A stretch of 59,601 nt of DNA, filler included, from Callorhinchus milii (GCF_018977255.1; 2 parts of 2 records of this genome joined end to end with filler, not necessarily neighbours in it); one strand, 5' to 3'; shown: positions 1 through 12,557, counted from the whole stretch's first letter. The notes: generated by a model from the sequence alone, not told the origin. Program-made: numbers and translations.

Positions 1-275
1 GAGCTGAGAGGTGAGAGAGAGAGAGTGTGTGTGAGAAAGAGTGTGAGACAGAGAGAGAGCGTGAGAGAGAGTGCGTGAGAGAGAGTGCGTGAGAGAGAGA
101 GTGTGGAGAGAGAGAGAGTGTGTGAGAGAGTTTGCGTGAGAGAGAGTGCGTGAGAGAGAGTGCGTGAGAGAGAGAGAGAACAAGAAAGAGTGCGTGAGAG
201 AGAGAGAGAACAAGAGAGTGTGCGTGAGAGAGAGAGAGTGCGCGAGAGAGAGAGAGAGAGCGCGTGAGAGAGAGT
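1..275. repeat. (GA)n/(GAGTGCGT) compound microsatellite
   Basis: Directly visible GA/GT low-complexity repeat. Confidence 0.95.
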
Positions 276-494
276 GTCCGCCAATCGACTAACAAGCGGG
301 TTCCTACTGACTGCTGCTGTGTGTGTGTGGAGTAAGGAAACCTGCCCAACGTTGCCCCCCCCCCAACCTGACCCGCCCGGGAATCGAACCCGGGTCCTCC
401 CGTTCGCTCTGACTAACCCCTGAGCCGCAGGGAGACCCCCACCGGGTACGTACGTGTTCGTTATCGTTGCCTGATAGCAATTCCCCGAGATGTC

Positions 495-665
495 GGGGAC
501 TAGTTGTGGTAAGAGCGGGGGGAGTGGGGACTAGTTGGGGTAAGAGCGGGGGGAGTGGGGACTAGTTGGGGTAAGAGCGGGGGGAGTGGGGACTAGTTGG
601 GTAAGAGCGGGGGGAGTGGGACTAGTTGGGGTAAGAGCGGGGGGAGTGGGGACCAGTTGGGGTAA
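495..665. repeat. ~30-bp G-rich minisatellite (ACTAGTTGGGGTAAGAGCGGGGGGAGTGGGG)
   Basis: About 5 tandem units. The same unit recurs at 13205-13300, 17063-17350 (inverted) and 18436-18735. Confidence 0.9.
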
Positions 666-689
666 CTGACGTCGCATCAGATGGTTGCG

Positions 690-1100
690 TCTCAAGACCC
701 CTCTCACTCGCTCATCAAATCCCCCCCCCCTCACGCCCCGGCACCTCCCAACCTCCTCTCCCCGACCTGCTTCCCCCCCCCCCCCCCCACCCAACCCACC
801 TCCCGCTGCCTCTGCTCGACTGGCCCCGACCTCCTGCTTGTCCCTCGTGCCCTCCGCTCCACCATCGGTCGCCGCGCGTTCAGCCGTTGCGCCCCGAAGC
901 TCTTGTCACTTTCTCCCTCTCTGCCCCTCCGTCCCCTCCGCCTTCTCCCCTATCCTTCCCCATCTTCAGGTGGTGCCCGATAGCCCTTCCTCTTCGACCG
1001 GTGCCTACAGTCGCCTCCCCCACTCCCTCCCCCCCCCCACCCCAGCCCGGCTCAGTGTCACTCTCGCCCCGCGTGAGGGGGCACTGTGTAAAATGCCAGT
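690..1100 (+). mobile_element. Degenerate L2-like LINE 3' fragment
   Basis: Motif CACCATCGGTCGCCGCGCGTTCAGCCG...CCCGAAGCTCT resembles L2 3' ends. Inverted relatives at ~11330-11590 and ~12330-12530. Confidence 0.45.
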
Positions 1101-1152
1101 TGTTGTCGTGGTGGTTGCGTTAAGGGAGGTGTTTCCATCTCTTTACAGGAGA

Positions 1153-1240
1153 ATGGCAGAGCTGCACATCATCGGTCAGATCACCGGAGCCAGTGGTTTC
1201 CCACAGCAGAACCTCTTCTGTAAATGGGGGATCCACGCAG
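1153..1240 (+). CDS. B9D2: B9 domain-containing protein 2, coding exon 1
   Basis: [29 protein letters not shown]. Acceptor tttacag upstream (exon starts 1149), donor CAG|gtacag; 88 coding nt. Confidence 0.96.
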
Positions 1241-1743
1241 GTACAGCGCTCACTGTGGGCTGGTGCGGGGGGGGGGGCGGTGGTGGGGGGGGGTTGTCAC
1301 TCTTAATAACCCCCGTCTGATTCCCGGACGGGTCAGTCAGGTCGGGGCGAAACCTCAGGCAAGTTTCCTCACTCCACACACGCACACACACACGCACACA
1401 CACACACACACACACACCAGCAGTAAGTAGGAACCCGCTTGTTAGTCGATTGGTGACTTGCTTTCCCGGGGGGAATAATCCCTTCGAAATAATAATAATA
1501 ATAATAACGTATTCACTCAATTCACGATTGTTTGTGGGACACCTTCAGCCACTACCCCCCGAAACTCTGTCACGCTCTCCCTCTAACCCTCCCCTTCCTT
1601 CCCCACCTTCAGGACTTCGGCTGTACTTACGGTCACCCTCCCTCCTCCCGCCCCCCGTCTCCGTGTCGTGCTCCCCCACCGACAAGCGCTCCGGGACGCT
1701 CTCCTGTGTGAGTTGTTGACTGCGGACTCCCCTCGCTGTGCAG

Positions 1744-1869
1744 GCTGCGCGTGGAAGCTTTTGTCCGGCTCGGTGGAAGGTAGAACGCAGGTGGACAGCC
1801 CCGAAAATGAGCCAATCGCCCATTGGTCACATCCTCTGGACATACACTACGCCACAAAAGGACTGCAAG
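1744..1869 (+). CDS. B9D2: B9D2 coding exon 2
   Basis: (G)[41 protein letters not shown]. Acceptor tgcag|, donor AAG|gtatct; 126 nt; phases compatible. Confidence 0.96.
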
Positions 1870-1959
1870 GTATCTGTAGCACAGTTTGAGACGTGATAAG
1901 GCACTGTATCAAATGCAAAGATTATTATTATTATTATCGTTATAATAAAATCATCTAAA

Positions 1960-2330
1960 CTATCCTGGAGGGGGTGCAAAGGGGGTTTACCAGGAATGAG
2001 GGATTTCAGTCAGGTGGAGAGGGTAGAGGGCCTCTTGTGGGGGGGGGGGCTGTGTACGTGCAAGTTGTTGTTGTTGTTGGGATCTGGAATGCGTTGCCTG
2101 AACGCCTGGTGGAAGCCGATTCGATAACAACTTTCAAGAGAGAAGAGGATAGAAGTTTGGGGGGAGAGCGCGGGGGGAGTGGGGTTGATCGGGGCTATGG
2201 GGAGAGAGCGGGGGAGTGGGGTTGATCGGGGCTATGGGGAGAGCGCGGGGGAGTGGGGTTGATTTGGAAGCTCTTTTCAAAGAGCAGCACAGACCCGATG
2301 GGCCGAATGGCCTCCTTCCGTGCGTGCGGT
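1960..2330 (+). mobile_element. CR1/HER1-like LINE 3' fragment in B9D2 intron
   Basis: Remnant VVGIWNALPERLVEADSITTFKRE plus 3' tail GATGGGCCGAATGGCCTCCTTC. Confidence 0.75.
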
Positions 2331-2369
2331 GTGACTCCAGGGTTCTATCCTGTCTCCTCTGTGCCTCAG

Positions 2370-2683
2370 GTTGGCCAAAGCTTTTCCTGCAGGTCTGGCA
2401 CCAGGACTCGTTCGGCCGGAACGAGTTGTACGGCTACGGTTTCTGCCACGTGCCGTCCAGCCCGGGTTTCCACGAGCTGGACTGCGTGACCTGGCGGCCC
2501 CTGGGGTCCTGGCAGGAGCAGATGTCCCAGATGTTTGTCGGGGGGGGCGTCCAACTGAAAAACAGCGACCTGATCTACACCGGGGCCGACCGCTACCGTC
2601 TGCAGACCACCGCCATGGGGAAGGTCCACCTCAAGCTGGGCATCATTCTCCGCAACTTTGACCGCTACGGAGTGGAGTACTGA
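2370..2683 (+). CDS. B9D2: B9D2 last coding exon
   Basis: (G)[32 protein letters not shown]...NFDRYGVEY*. Spliced CDS 88+126+314=528 nt = 175 aa. Confidence 0.97.
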
Positions 2684-3816
2684 GCTCGTTAAGAGCAGCA
2701 GCGAGATCTTCACACTCGGCTTCACCTCCCGACGCCTCCTCCTCCTCCTCCTCTTCGCTCCTGCTCGTCCCTCCCGCCCTCCACCCCACCTCCACCCCAG
2801 TCACTACGCCCCGAAACTCTTGTCACGTTCTCCCCCAATCCCCTCCCACCGCCCTCCTGCTTTGCCCACAGGAGGACTTCCCAAGGCGCTGGGCTGGGCT
2901 GGACAGTCGGGGACTCGGACCCGAGCTGGGGGTTGGGATCAGGAGGGGGGTGGAGGGCGGAGAGGGTGACCGAAGGCGCGGTCAAAGAGAAAGAATCTGT
3001 TCAGAGAAGCAACTGTACATTCTGCACTTTTGACGGAGACATTTACTGTATCATTACCACGTACTTTGCTATTTTCTGCGATGTTTCTGTGCTCTCGGAA
3101 GAATGAATATCACAGCACAAGATTTTTTTTACGGGATCAGTAAATGCTGCTTTATATCGTAATCATTTGGTCCCGATTCTACAACATGAATTTGATTCAT
3201 GAAACCAACATTAATATCCATTACAACTTTTAGTTGCAGCGAACGGGTTAGCGAGCGAGAGGACCCGGGTTTGAATCCCTTTGCACAGCGCTATATCAAT
3301 GGCAAGGATTATTATTATTATTATTATTCTCCAGGGTGTTGGTCCTCAGTAATGTGTCCTCGCTATAAATTCTAAAAAATATTTAAAGGAGCGTAAATTA
3401 GACATAAATTGAAAACGCAAGGAGATGGCACTCAACAGAGCAACGACAGAAGGAATAATAATATAGTAATATGTAAATAAACAGGAGTGGAGAGTTGGTG
3501 TGTGGATGTGCAACACTTTATTGTATGTAGATTTCGTAGAGCAATAAATCAGTCCGGTATCGTCATTTTCAAACTTAAAACAAGTCCAATCGAACCCCAA
3601 ACAGCAAACCCAATTTATTAACGCCATTTTATAACCCATTTTAGGAGAATCGCATCACGTGGCAAATCACTGACCCTTTCAAATCTAGATTTATTGCAAG
3701 AGATTCACTTCACGGTGTATCCTGTGAAGCGCTTTTGAGACGTCTCGAAGACGTGATATAAGGGCGTGGTATGAGATGCCAGGATTATTATTATTATTAT
3801 TATTATTATCATTACA

Positions 3817-4107
3817 TTAAACGGTTGATTCTGAAGTTGTGTTGATGAGTACTTTCTCGCAGTCCCCTTCGCTCGACGGCTGCCCCGACCTTCGCTTATC
3901 TCGTCGTGACAGCCAGTCCGGGAGAGTGGAATCCAAAGGTTGCTGCCTGGCTTGAAGAAAGTAGACTTTGAAAGTCGCCCAGTCACTGAGCGACGTCATT
4001 TCCAAAGCCTCCCTGATCTCGTTGTTGTAAGAATAAATAAACGTCCGCCCGTTCAGGTTCTTGGCCATGACTTTTTGGGAGTATTCCAACAAATTGATCT
4101 CCTCCAT
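3817..4107 (-). CDS. NKPD1: NKPD1-like KAP NTPase paralogue A, last exon (SAM-like C-terminal domain)
   Basis: tttcag|ATG GAG...; MEEINLLEYSQKVMAKNLNGRTFIYSYNNEIREALEMTSLSDWATFKVYFL...*. Homologous to 12558-12851. Confidence 0.88.
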   Translation of the reverse strand: MEEINLLEYSQKVMAKNLNGRTFIYSYNNEIREALEMTSLSDWATFKVYFLQARQQPLDSTLPDWLSRRDKRRSGQPSSEGDCEKVLINTTSESTV

Positions 4108-4409
4108 CTGAAATGATAGCAACAATAACGGTTAGAATGACAGTGATCCTTATTAGCGTTTGACACGGCACCTTCTCAGGTCGTTGGAGACGTCTCAAAG
4201 CGCTTCACCGGGACACACTAAAGGGTAGTGACTGTGCGTTTTGTACGTGAAACATGACAGCCATTTGTGCCCAGCAGTGGGCAAACAGTCATGGGATTGA
4301 GTAACCAATTTTTTTTCCCAATTATTAATAGCCCCTGCAAGCCAACGCCCCTAATGGGTAGGGTGGTCCTCGCTGGACAAGCAGTGGGAAAGCTTGCCAG
4401 TCCGTGATA

Positions 4410-5115
4410 TGTGGTTAGATTCCAACGCACACTCAGGGCTTCCCCCCCCCAAGCCTGGGCTCTCATCTACCTGCGCCTGATACTCTCCGGAATTAGGTAA
4501 GCAGGAGGCGTCCCTCCAGAGAGAGGGAGAGAGAGCGCATCCCATCCCGACTCTCTCTCTGGGGTTCCCGGGTGTGGGGGGGATGTGGGGAATTCTCAGT
4601 CGGGTTTGGAGACTTTTTAAGCCTCGGTGATGGGTTTCCGTGTGTGTCAGACACCCGACCGGTCACGGTGACGGGTTTCCGTGTGTGTCAGACACCCGAC
4701 CGGTCACGGTGACGGGTTTCCGTGTGTGTCAGACACCCGACCGGTCACGGTGACGGGTTTCCGTGTGTGTCAGACACCCGGCCGGTCACGGTGACGGTGA
4801 CGGGTTTCCGTGTGTGTCAGACACCCGGCCGGTCACGGTGATGGGTTTCCGTGTGTGTCAGACGCCCGGCTGGTCACGGTGACAGATTTCCGTGTGTGTC
4901 AGACACCCGGCCGGTCACGGTGACAGATTTCCGTGTGTGTCAGACACCCGGCAGGTCACGGTGACGGGTTTCCGTGTGAGTCAGACACCCGACCGGTCAC
5001 GGTGACGGGTTTCCGTGTGTGTCAGACACCCGACCGGTCACGGTGACGGGTTTCCGTGTGAGTCAGACACCCGACCGGTCACGGTGACGGGTTTCCGTGT
5101 GAGTCAGACACCCGG
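4410..5115. repeat. Dispersed element with ~39-41-bp palindromic minisatellite (GGGTTTCCGTGTGTGTCAGACACCCGACCGGTCACGGTGAC) and unique flank
   Basis: Array 4629-5115. Flank 4505-4623 is the reverse complement of 23068-23185, which borders a second array. Confidence 0.85.
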
Positions 5116-5143
5116 CTGACCCAAATAAAATGGCGTCACTCAC

Positions 5144-6837
5144 CTTTTCGCAGACCTGTTTTGCATCCATTCTCAAGACTTGAAGCACAGTGAATGGTTT
5201 GACATTATCCTTGTTTATCTGTTTCCGCCCGAAAATCTCTTTTCCACGGAGTAATTCCATCTTCCGTTTCAAGGAAGGATCAATGTTGATGGTGTAGGGC
5301 AGGAATTGGTTTGAGTCCTGGATTTTGAAGTCGAGCTTTTCAAGGAGAGTGTGGAACAGTTCTGGATCTCCATCCAGTTCCAGAAACTTGTCCATTTCTT
5401 CGTGTGCTAACTTCAACTCATCGTAGGACTCTTCATATATGCTCAGCAATGATTTATCTTCATTAACCTCCTTCAACGTTTGCTGCATGTCTTCCAAACA
5501 TTGCGATATCCAACTGAACTTGGTTGGCCAATGACTTGTCAAAATAACCCAGGCAACGAGTCTGGGAAGGGTGTTATTTAAGGGTTGCCCTCGAGCCGCC
5601 ATCAGTCGGACCATAATGTTAACGCTGTTGACAATCCTCCTCATTTCAAGATAGTTCTCTTCGATGAACTCCTGTAGATGTTCCAAACAGTCGTAGGCCT
5701 TTAGGATTTGACGTTCAACCTCATCCCTTCCCTTCACCTCCTTGACTTCGACGAGCGGTATACGCTCCTCGCCGGATCCCTCGCAGTCCGTCTCGCTTCT
5801 GCTCGGCCCTTTACGACTGCTGAGCAAGGTCTTGCGATTTATAATGCCCTTCAAGGTAATTAACTTGGTCTCGGTGTCCATCTCGGGAATGCAAAAGGGG
5901 AGAGTGATAATCCGGTTCAGGTACACGTATCCGTTATCGGCCACGCCTTTGAGTCGCGACGATCTCTCCACGCAGCTGGCGATGATGCTGGGATCGACGG
6001 CGAGGATGGAGATGAAGGGGGCTTCGGGGTCCGAGAGGAGGATGTTCATCGCGTCCAGCACCCCCACCACCTTGTCCGGGGTGCACCTGTCTAGGTTCAC
6101 GATCTTCAGGATGATGCGTATCTTCCTGCGTTCGAAGATTTCCATGTATCGGATGAAGTTGGTGAGGACTTTGACCTCGTTCTTCACGTCGCTCATGAAG
6201 CCCAACTGGGCGCTGTAGTTGGTCTTGTTCATGAGGCTGTTGACGGTGTCCTTCTGGCTGTACAGCATATTCTTGACCACCATCAAGATATTTTTAACGA
6301 GCACTACGGTCGAGCAGCCCAGCACCCCAGCCCCCACGCTCTCGAAGGCTAAAATAATCTTATTGCCTTCATCGAAAACCAGGAGGCTACCCACTACGAA
6401 GAGCACGACCAACAGAATAATCAGCAGCACGAGGGCAGGGAAAATGATCCAAATTGGGATACCCAGTAGAGTCTTCCAGTCCCACTCCCGCTTCGATTTG
6501 TGGCTGACGCCGATGTCCGCGCCCAGAGCTCTTACGATGCTCAGTGGGATGTTCCCGAAGGCGCTTTTGACGGTGTCGCACAGGGTCGTGATGAGACCAG
6601 CCCACACGAAATCGCTTCCCGCGAACTGCCAGGCGCTGAAGTTCACGAAAATGAAGCGGATGTTTTTGCGTCCTTCGTGCTGAGGCGTGAGCCGAGGGTT
6701 CAGGCAGAGGAAGCGGAACAGCAGGTCAACGAAACCGAGGCCGGTGGATCGGCGAGGAGTTTCCCCGGGCCCCTTCTCCGAGCCGCCCGCGGCCTTCTGC
6801 TGCCGCTCGAAGTCTTTTGCCCGGTTCGTCATGTGGC
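5144..6837 (-). CDS. NKPD1: NKPD1-like paralogue A, large exon (KAP NTPase with two TM helices)
   Basis: KAP motifs FVNFSAWQFAGSDFVWAGLITTLCD, LGFMSDVKNEV, RIILKIVNLDRCTPDKVVGVLDAMNILL, YLNRIITLPF. Acceptor ttccgtag|, donor AAG|gtgagt; 1694 nt. Confidence 0.93.
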
Positions 6838-7387
6838 CTACGGAAAGGCGACGGGAACATTGTACAAAGCCGCACGCCCGGGGGAGAGAAACGCCAACAA
6901 CGGAAACGAAAGAGGCAGCGGAGGAATAATAATGATTGGGTCGCTCGACCCACGGCGGTTTGTGGGGACGTCGCTGGGGCCCGATCGGCTGCCGCGCTTC
7001 TTCGCCCGCAATATTCACAGTCGCCGCACTTCACAGCGTGTCCCGCGAAGCGCTTTTGAGACGTCTCGAAGACGTGATGAGAACACACTGCAAAGCGCGG
7101 TGACCGTGTGCTCCGTGGGCGAAACGTGGCAGCCGAGCGCGCGCGCGCCCAGCGACGTCTCCACGGACGGTCGTGGGTTGAGTGAGCAGTTTTTTCGGCG
7201 AGAAGGAATCACTACCCCCGGAAAAGCGATCCACCGGTCGACTAACAACTGCTGGTAAACAGAGGCGAGTGTGTGTGTGTGGAGTGAAGAAATTTGCCTG
7301 AGGTCTCGCCCTGACCAGACCCGGCCGGGAATCGAACCCGGGTCCTCTCGCTCGCGAGGCGAGGGCTTTAACCACTGAGCTACGCAC

Positions 7388-7516
7388 CTTCTATTTTCTG
7401 CAGGACGCGATTTATCCGGCATCCCCACGGCGCGTATAATCCCACCGTCACTGGAGTCGGGATGTGGAACATGCCATCAGCGAGGCAGATGGCAAAATCG
7501 TCATACTTGGTCTGAT
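7388..7516 (-). CDS. NKPD1: NKPD1-like paralogue A, Walker-A-position exon
   Basis: Hand-translated (D)QTKYDDFAICLADGMFHIPTPVTVGLYAPWGCRINRVLQKIE. Sites tttcag| and AAG|gtgcgt; 129 nt, same length as the paralogue exon 16150-16278. Confidence 0.9.
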
Positions 7517-8197
7517 CTGAAATTCATCCGTAGGAAATTAGACGCAGAAAAGGCCATTCAGTAGCAAATTAAAATCAGAACTGCGGTCGCTTCGACCCAC
7601 GGCTGTTTGTGGGGACGTCGCTGGGCGCAATTGGCCGTAGCGTTTCGCCCACAAAACCCACAGACACGACGCTTTACGGAAGAGAGGTCCGTAAACACGG
7701 TCGAAAAGAAAAGTTTGCAGGTGGGACTTGAAGAGGGGGTGCGGGTGGGGGCAGAGGGAGGGATTGAGTTTCGGGGCGCAATGGTGGAATCCCTTAATAT
7801 TTGGAGTCCTGTATCGTAGTGGTTGGAGCCCTCGCCTCACAAGCCAGAGGACCCGGGTTCGATTTGCGGGCGGATCAGGTCAGGGCAAAACCTTAGGCAA
7901 GTTTCCTTACTCCCCCCCACCCCCCCCCCCCCCCACACACAGACACAGACACACACACAGACACACAGACACACCTCTGTTTACGTGTAACGACCAGGTT
8001 CCCACTTACCGCTGGTAAACAGAAGCACGTAGGAGTGCGTGCATGTGTGTGGAGTAAGGAAACTTGCCCGTTGGGTGGGAACGGCTGGGGTCTAATCAGC
8101 TAAAAATCCTCTTTGTTGGAACAAAATACAGCGCTGAACCGAATCAAGATGTCGCGAAGGATGTTCCAGAGCGACGACTGGAATGGGATGGTTTTAC

Positions 8198-8219
8198 CTG
8201 CTGTGTCGGAGATGGTCAT
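8198..8219 (-). CDS. NKPD1: NKPD1-like paralogue A, first coding exon (MTISDTA)
   Basis: gcaaaATGACC with an upstream in-frame TAA, donor CAG|gtaaaa; 22 nt, phase 1, mirrors 17484-17505. Total CDS 2136 nt (~711 aa). Confidence 0.75.
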
Positions 8220-9774
8220 TTTGCTTTACGTCGTCTCCTCCAGAGCTGAACAGAGACAAACGCGAGTTAATAAAGACAAGACGTCGCTAGGAACACTCAG
8301 TAGGTCAGGCAGCATCCACGGAGAAAGAGGATCTGAGTCAACATCTCAGGACTCGGGATTGGATGTTGGAAGGGAGCAGATCATGAGGACATGCGGAGAA
8401 GGGGCAGGGGAAGAAAGACAGGAAAATAACAATAATAATCCTTGCTTTTGATACAGCGCCTTATCACGTCTTCGAGACGTCTCAAAGCGCTTCAAGGGAT
8501 ACACATAGAGTCTAGCGACTGCGCATTTTTGTGGGCGAAACGCGTCAGCTAATGGCGCACGGCAGCGTCGCACAAACAGACACGGATTGAGTGAAAAAAA
8601 ATGGAAGGAATTATTACCCCAAGGAAAAGCAATCCGCCAATCGACGAACAACCGGGTTCCTACTTACTGGTAAACACAGGCGAGTTGTTATTATTGTAAT
8701 AAGTAAGGAAACTGCTGGGATCCTCTCGCTTGGGAGGCGAGTGCTCTAACCGCTGAGCTACAAGACTCCAGCCGAGGAGGACTACCCACACTGGAAGACA
8801 ACTGAAGAGTTTGGGTGGCTCGGCGAAGAATTATTGAAGAGGAGTGAGCGAAGTATCTGCTCAACCGGCCAAATCTCTTGACTGATGGTGTGCCATAGTT
8901 ACTATTTTAATAATAATAATAATATCAAACAACTGTTTGTGGGGACACTGCTGTGCGCGATCGGCTGCCGCGTTTCGCCCACAAAATATACAGTCAGTTC
9001 ACTTCACAGTGTATCCTGTGAAGCGCTTGGAGACGTCTCGAAGACGTGATGAGGGGCCGTGTCAAGCGCAAAGGATTATTATTATTATTATTATTCTTAC
9101 AGCAGAATTTGTACCTGCAAACTGCGTTCGCTCGGGTAAACCAGGTCCCACTGCCGGCAGCGTTCAGACTAGAGTGCGGCCAAAGGCAAATCAGTCGGTT
9201 AAATACGTTGATCATATCTGCACAATCCGATCAAAGTCAAATCCAACCACTCTGAACTTTGACTGTCACTAACTCTTTCGTTGACGGCTTTTATTGTAAG
9301 GCGGGGAGTGGGAGGGGTGGGGGGGTCAAAAGCTATTGATGGATTATTCGCGAGGTAGTATTTTTTAATGGGCGGACGGACAGCTGTCTTGACTCAAATG
9401 GAAAACTTCTTTTGAAGTTTGAAAGCCACGTTGGGGAGAGAGAGCACTCTCCTCGGCGAGCGAGAGGATCCAGGATTGATTGCCGGGTGAGACAGGTCAG
9501 GGCGAGATCTTAGGAGTTGCCTCACTCTACACACACACACCTCTGTTTACTCAGGAGCTCAGTTGTTGGTCGATTGGCAGAGATCACTTTCCGGGGCTAA
9601 TATCCCTCCCAAAGATAAATGTGCCCAAATGTTTCGCCCACAAAATACACGGTCACCGCACTTGACAGTGTCTTCTGTGACGCGCTTTTGGGTCGTCTCG
9701 AAGGCACGATAAGACGCTGCGTCGAACGCGAGGTTTATCGTTGTAGATCGACAGACTTTCATCTGTTGAGCGTT

Positions 9775-10829
9775 TCGTAGAATCATACGGCACAGAAGGA
9801 GGCCATTCGGCCCATTGTGTCTTCGAAAAGAGCTCTTCAAATCAACCCCACTCCCCCGTGCTCTCTCCCCCCACAGCCCCGATCAACCCCACTCCCCCGC
9901 ACTCTCTCACCCCACAGCCCTGATCAAACTTGTCCTCCCCAAATAATTATCTACTCTCTTAAAAGCTGTTATCGAATCGGCTTCCACCGGCCTTTCAGGC
10001 AATGAAGTCCCTCATTCCTGGTACCATTTCTGGTCAATCTCCTTCGCACCCTCTCCAATGCCTTGACATCCTTCATAAAGTGCGGGGCCCAGAACTGAAC
10101 CCAGTCTCTCGCTGAGGCCGAACCAGTGTTTTATATAAAGGTTCATCATAACTTCCTGACTCGTGTATTCTACGCCCCTGTTTATAAACTCCAGTGTCCC
10201 GTATGCTTTTTTTTTAACAGCTTTATCTCCCTGTCCGGCCATCTTCAAAGATTTACTGATATGAACCCCCAGGTCTCTCTGTTCCTTCACCCCCTTTAAG
10301 CTTCCACCATCAACTTATATTCCTCTCCTCATTCTTCCTCTATCATATCACTTTGCATTTCTCCGCATTAAACTTCATCCGCCACCTGTCTGCCCATTTT
10401 ACCAGTCCGTTTGCAGTCTGCTCCTATCCTCCTCACTGTTTGCTACTTTTCCAGCTCAGTACCATCTGCTAACTTGGAGATTGTCCTCCCTATACCCAAG
10501 TCCAGGTCATTTATATGGAGCACAAACAGTAGTGATCCCAATACTGACCCCCTGGGGGTCACCACCGCACACTTCCCTCCAGTCAGAAAAACAACCGTTC
10601 ACCACCACTCTCTGCTCTCTGTCTCCCAATCAGTTCTGTATCCGCTGCCGTATCACTTTAATATCGTGGGCTTCTGTTTTGCCTACAAGTCTCTTATGTG
10701 GCACTTTTATCAAACGCCTTTTAAAAATCCACATAAATTGCACTGCCTTCACCCTATTTTTCTAAGTGAAAATGCATTTACAGTCTCTATTAGTTTCCCC
10801 ACCACTGACTGACTGACTGACTGACGGAC

Positions 10830-10874
<45 letters not shown>

Positions 10875-11125
10875 GACGGACGTTCGGCTGACTGGCCTGT
10901 AGTTTCCGGGTTCATTCTTCTGCCCACTTTTGCACAGGTGTGACGTTTGCAGCCCTCCAGTTCTCTGGCACCACCCGGTGTCGAAGGAGGATTGAAAGAT
11001 CGTGGCCGGAGCCTCCGTTGTTCCCACCCTTACTTCCCTCAGGAACCTGGGCTGCATCCCGTCCGGACCGGGTGGACTTATCCCCCTTGAGCACCTGTTC
11101 GACATGTTTATTGCATCCGTTAATA
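9775..11125 (-). mobile_element. CR1/HER1-like LINE, 5'-truncated, internally deleted RT remnant
   Basis: Remnant peptides SPPGPDGMQPRFLREV...EPGNYRPVS and KEQRDLGVHISKSLKM...INRGVEYTSQEVMMNLY. CR1 3' tail at ~9775-9840; (CTGT)n inserted at 10805-10875. Confidence 0.88.
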
Positions 11126-12557
11126 TCAGGCGGAAGCCAAAACGATAAGGAGGCACTTGAAGTTAATCAATGACTACTTCTTGGATGTATGGTTTGCCGA
11201 TTGAGGCCTATCCTCACAACCTCTGCCAAAGTTCAGGTCCCGTAGAATTACTTATGAGAGACTCCGATGTAGTTTTAATTTGGTTAAAAAAAAAACCTGT
11301 TCCTGTCAAGAAATACAACGAGGACTTGTGGTTGCGCAGAACCCCCTCACGTGGGCTCGCGCCCCAGAACCTCGACGATGACGCCAAGCCAGGGGGAGGG
11401 CACCGTAGGAACAGTCGAAGAGTAAAGGTCTTCAGACACGACCTGTAGATGGGGAAGGAAGGGCAGAGGTGGAGGGAAGGATAGACAAGAGTTTTGAGGC
11501 TGTAGTGACTGAAAGCCCGGCCGCCGATGCTAGAGCCGAGGGCACGAGAGACAAATTCCCCCTTTTGCCCCATATCCCTCGATACCCTGACCTTTACAAA
11601 TGCAAGTTGGTGTTGTTGTGTGACGTTTCTGTCTGCAAATTGGCTGCCATGTCCACACCCAAAAAGACACGGTCACTACACTTTGCAGCATATTGTGTGA
11701 AGCAACTTGAGGACTCCTCCCGACGTGAATCAAACTCAGGCATTACCGACTTACCTCCTGAACACAAACACGGAAGGCGATGATTGTTTTCAAGACAAAA
11801 ATGCAAATATTTATTAATATGACATTCACATGACGTGAGAAAACAAGAATTCCACAACGTCTCCTGTGTGCGGCTCTAACATGTTGAGCGAGGAGGCATC
11901 GTGTGGTCTGCCGGGCGGGTGGGGAGGTAACCAGAGGATCTAAGATTAATTGGCCGAAGAACCAGAGGGGAGATCAGACGAGGAGGCAATATCTGAGACA
12001 ACCAACGTCACAAGATAACGGATTGCTTCCCGAGGGCTAATAATCCCTCCCAAAAAATAGTAATTTGTTCACTCAATCCACTACTGTTTGTGGGGACGTC
12101 ACTGGGCGCCATTGGCTGCCACATTTCTCCCACAAGCCACACAGTCACTACACTTTACGGTGTATCCCGTCAAGCGCTTTGAGACGTCTCGTAGACGCGA
12201 TAATCATTATTGTTAAATGTACCATTGGCAGATTTAATTTCCCACCCCCCACAACCCCCTCCCCGCCCCATTGCCCCCCCTCCCTGCCCGCCCACTGTTT
12301 CCCCCCCCCCCCCTCCACCTCCCCCCACTCCCAAGGGAGGGGGGTGACCGAAGGCACGGTCGAAGAGGAGTGTCTTGCAACATGCCTTGAAGGAGGCAAG
12401 GGAGGGGAAGGGGGTTGAGCAAGGCGAAGGGAATGTGGGATGAAGTTCCAGAGGGTAGGGAGCAGAGAGCTGAAGGCCTGACCGCCGATGGTGGCCGGAC
12501 CCCGCTGAGCGGAGGGAGCGGACAGGTTGATGAGGGCCCATCGGCCTCGTCCATTGT

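Noticed and set aside
4629..5115. CRISPR-like regular array of palindromic ~40-bp units
   Set aside because: Units are head-to-tail with no unique spacers, no cas genes are present, and the context is a vertebrate intron; it is a minisatellite.
5063..7018. 651-aa ORF as a single-exon gene
   Set aside because: Its N- and C-terminal ends read into SINE and minisatellite intron sequence; the real exon is 5144-6837.
9113..9330. Candidate non-coding first exon and promoter of NKPD1-A (GC box, AATAAAA, donor ~9115); similar donor for B at ~18910
   Set aside because: Plausible but not supportable without transcript data.
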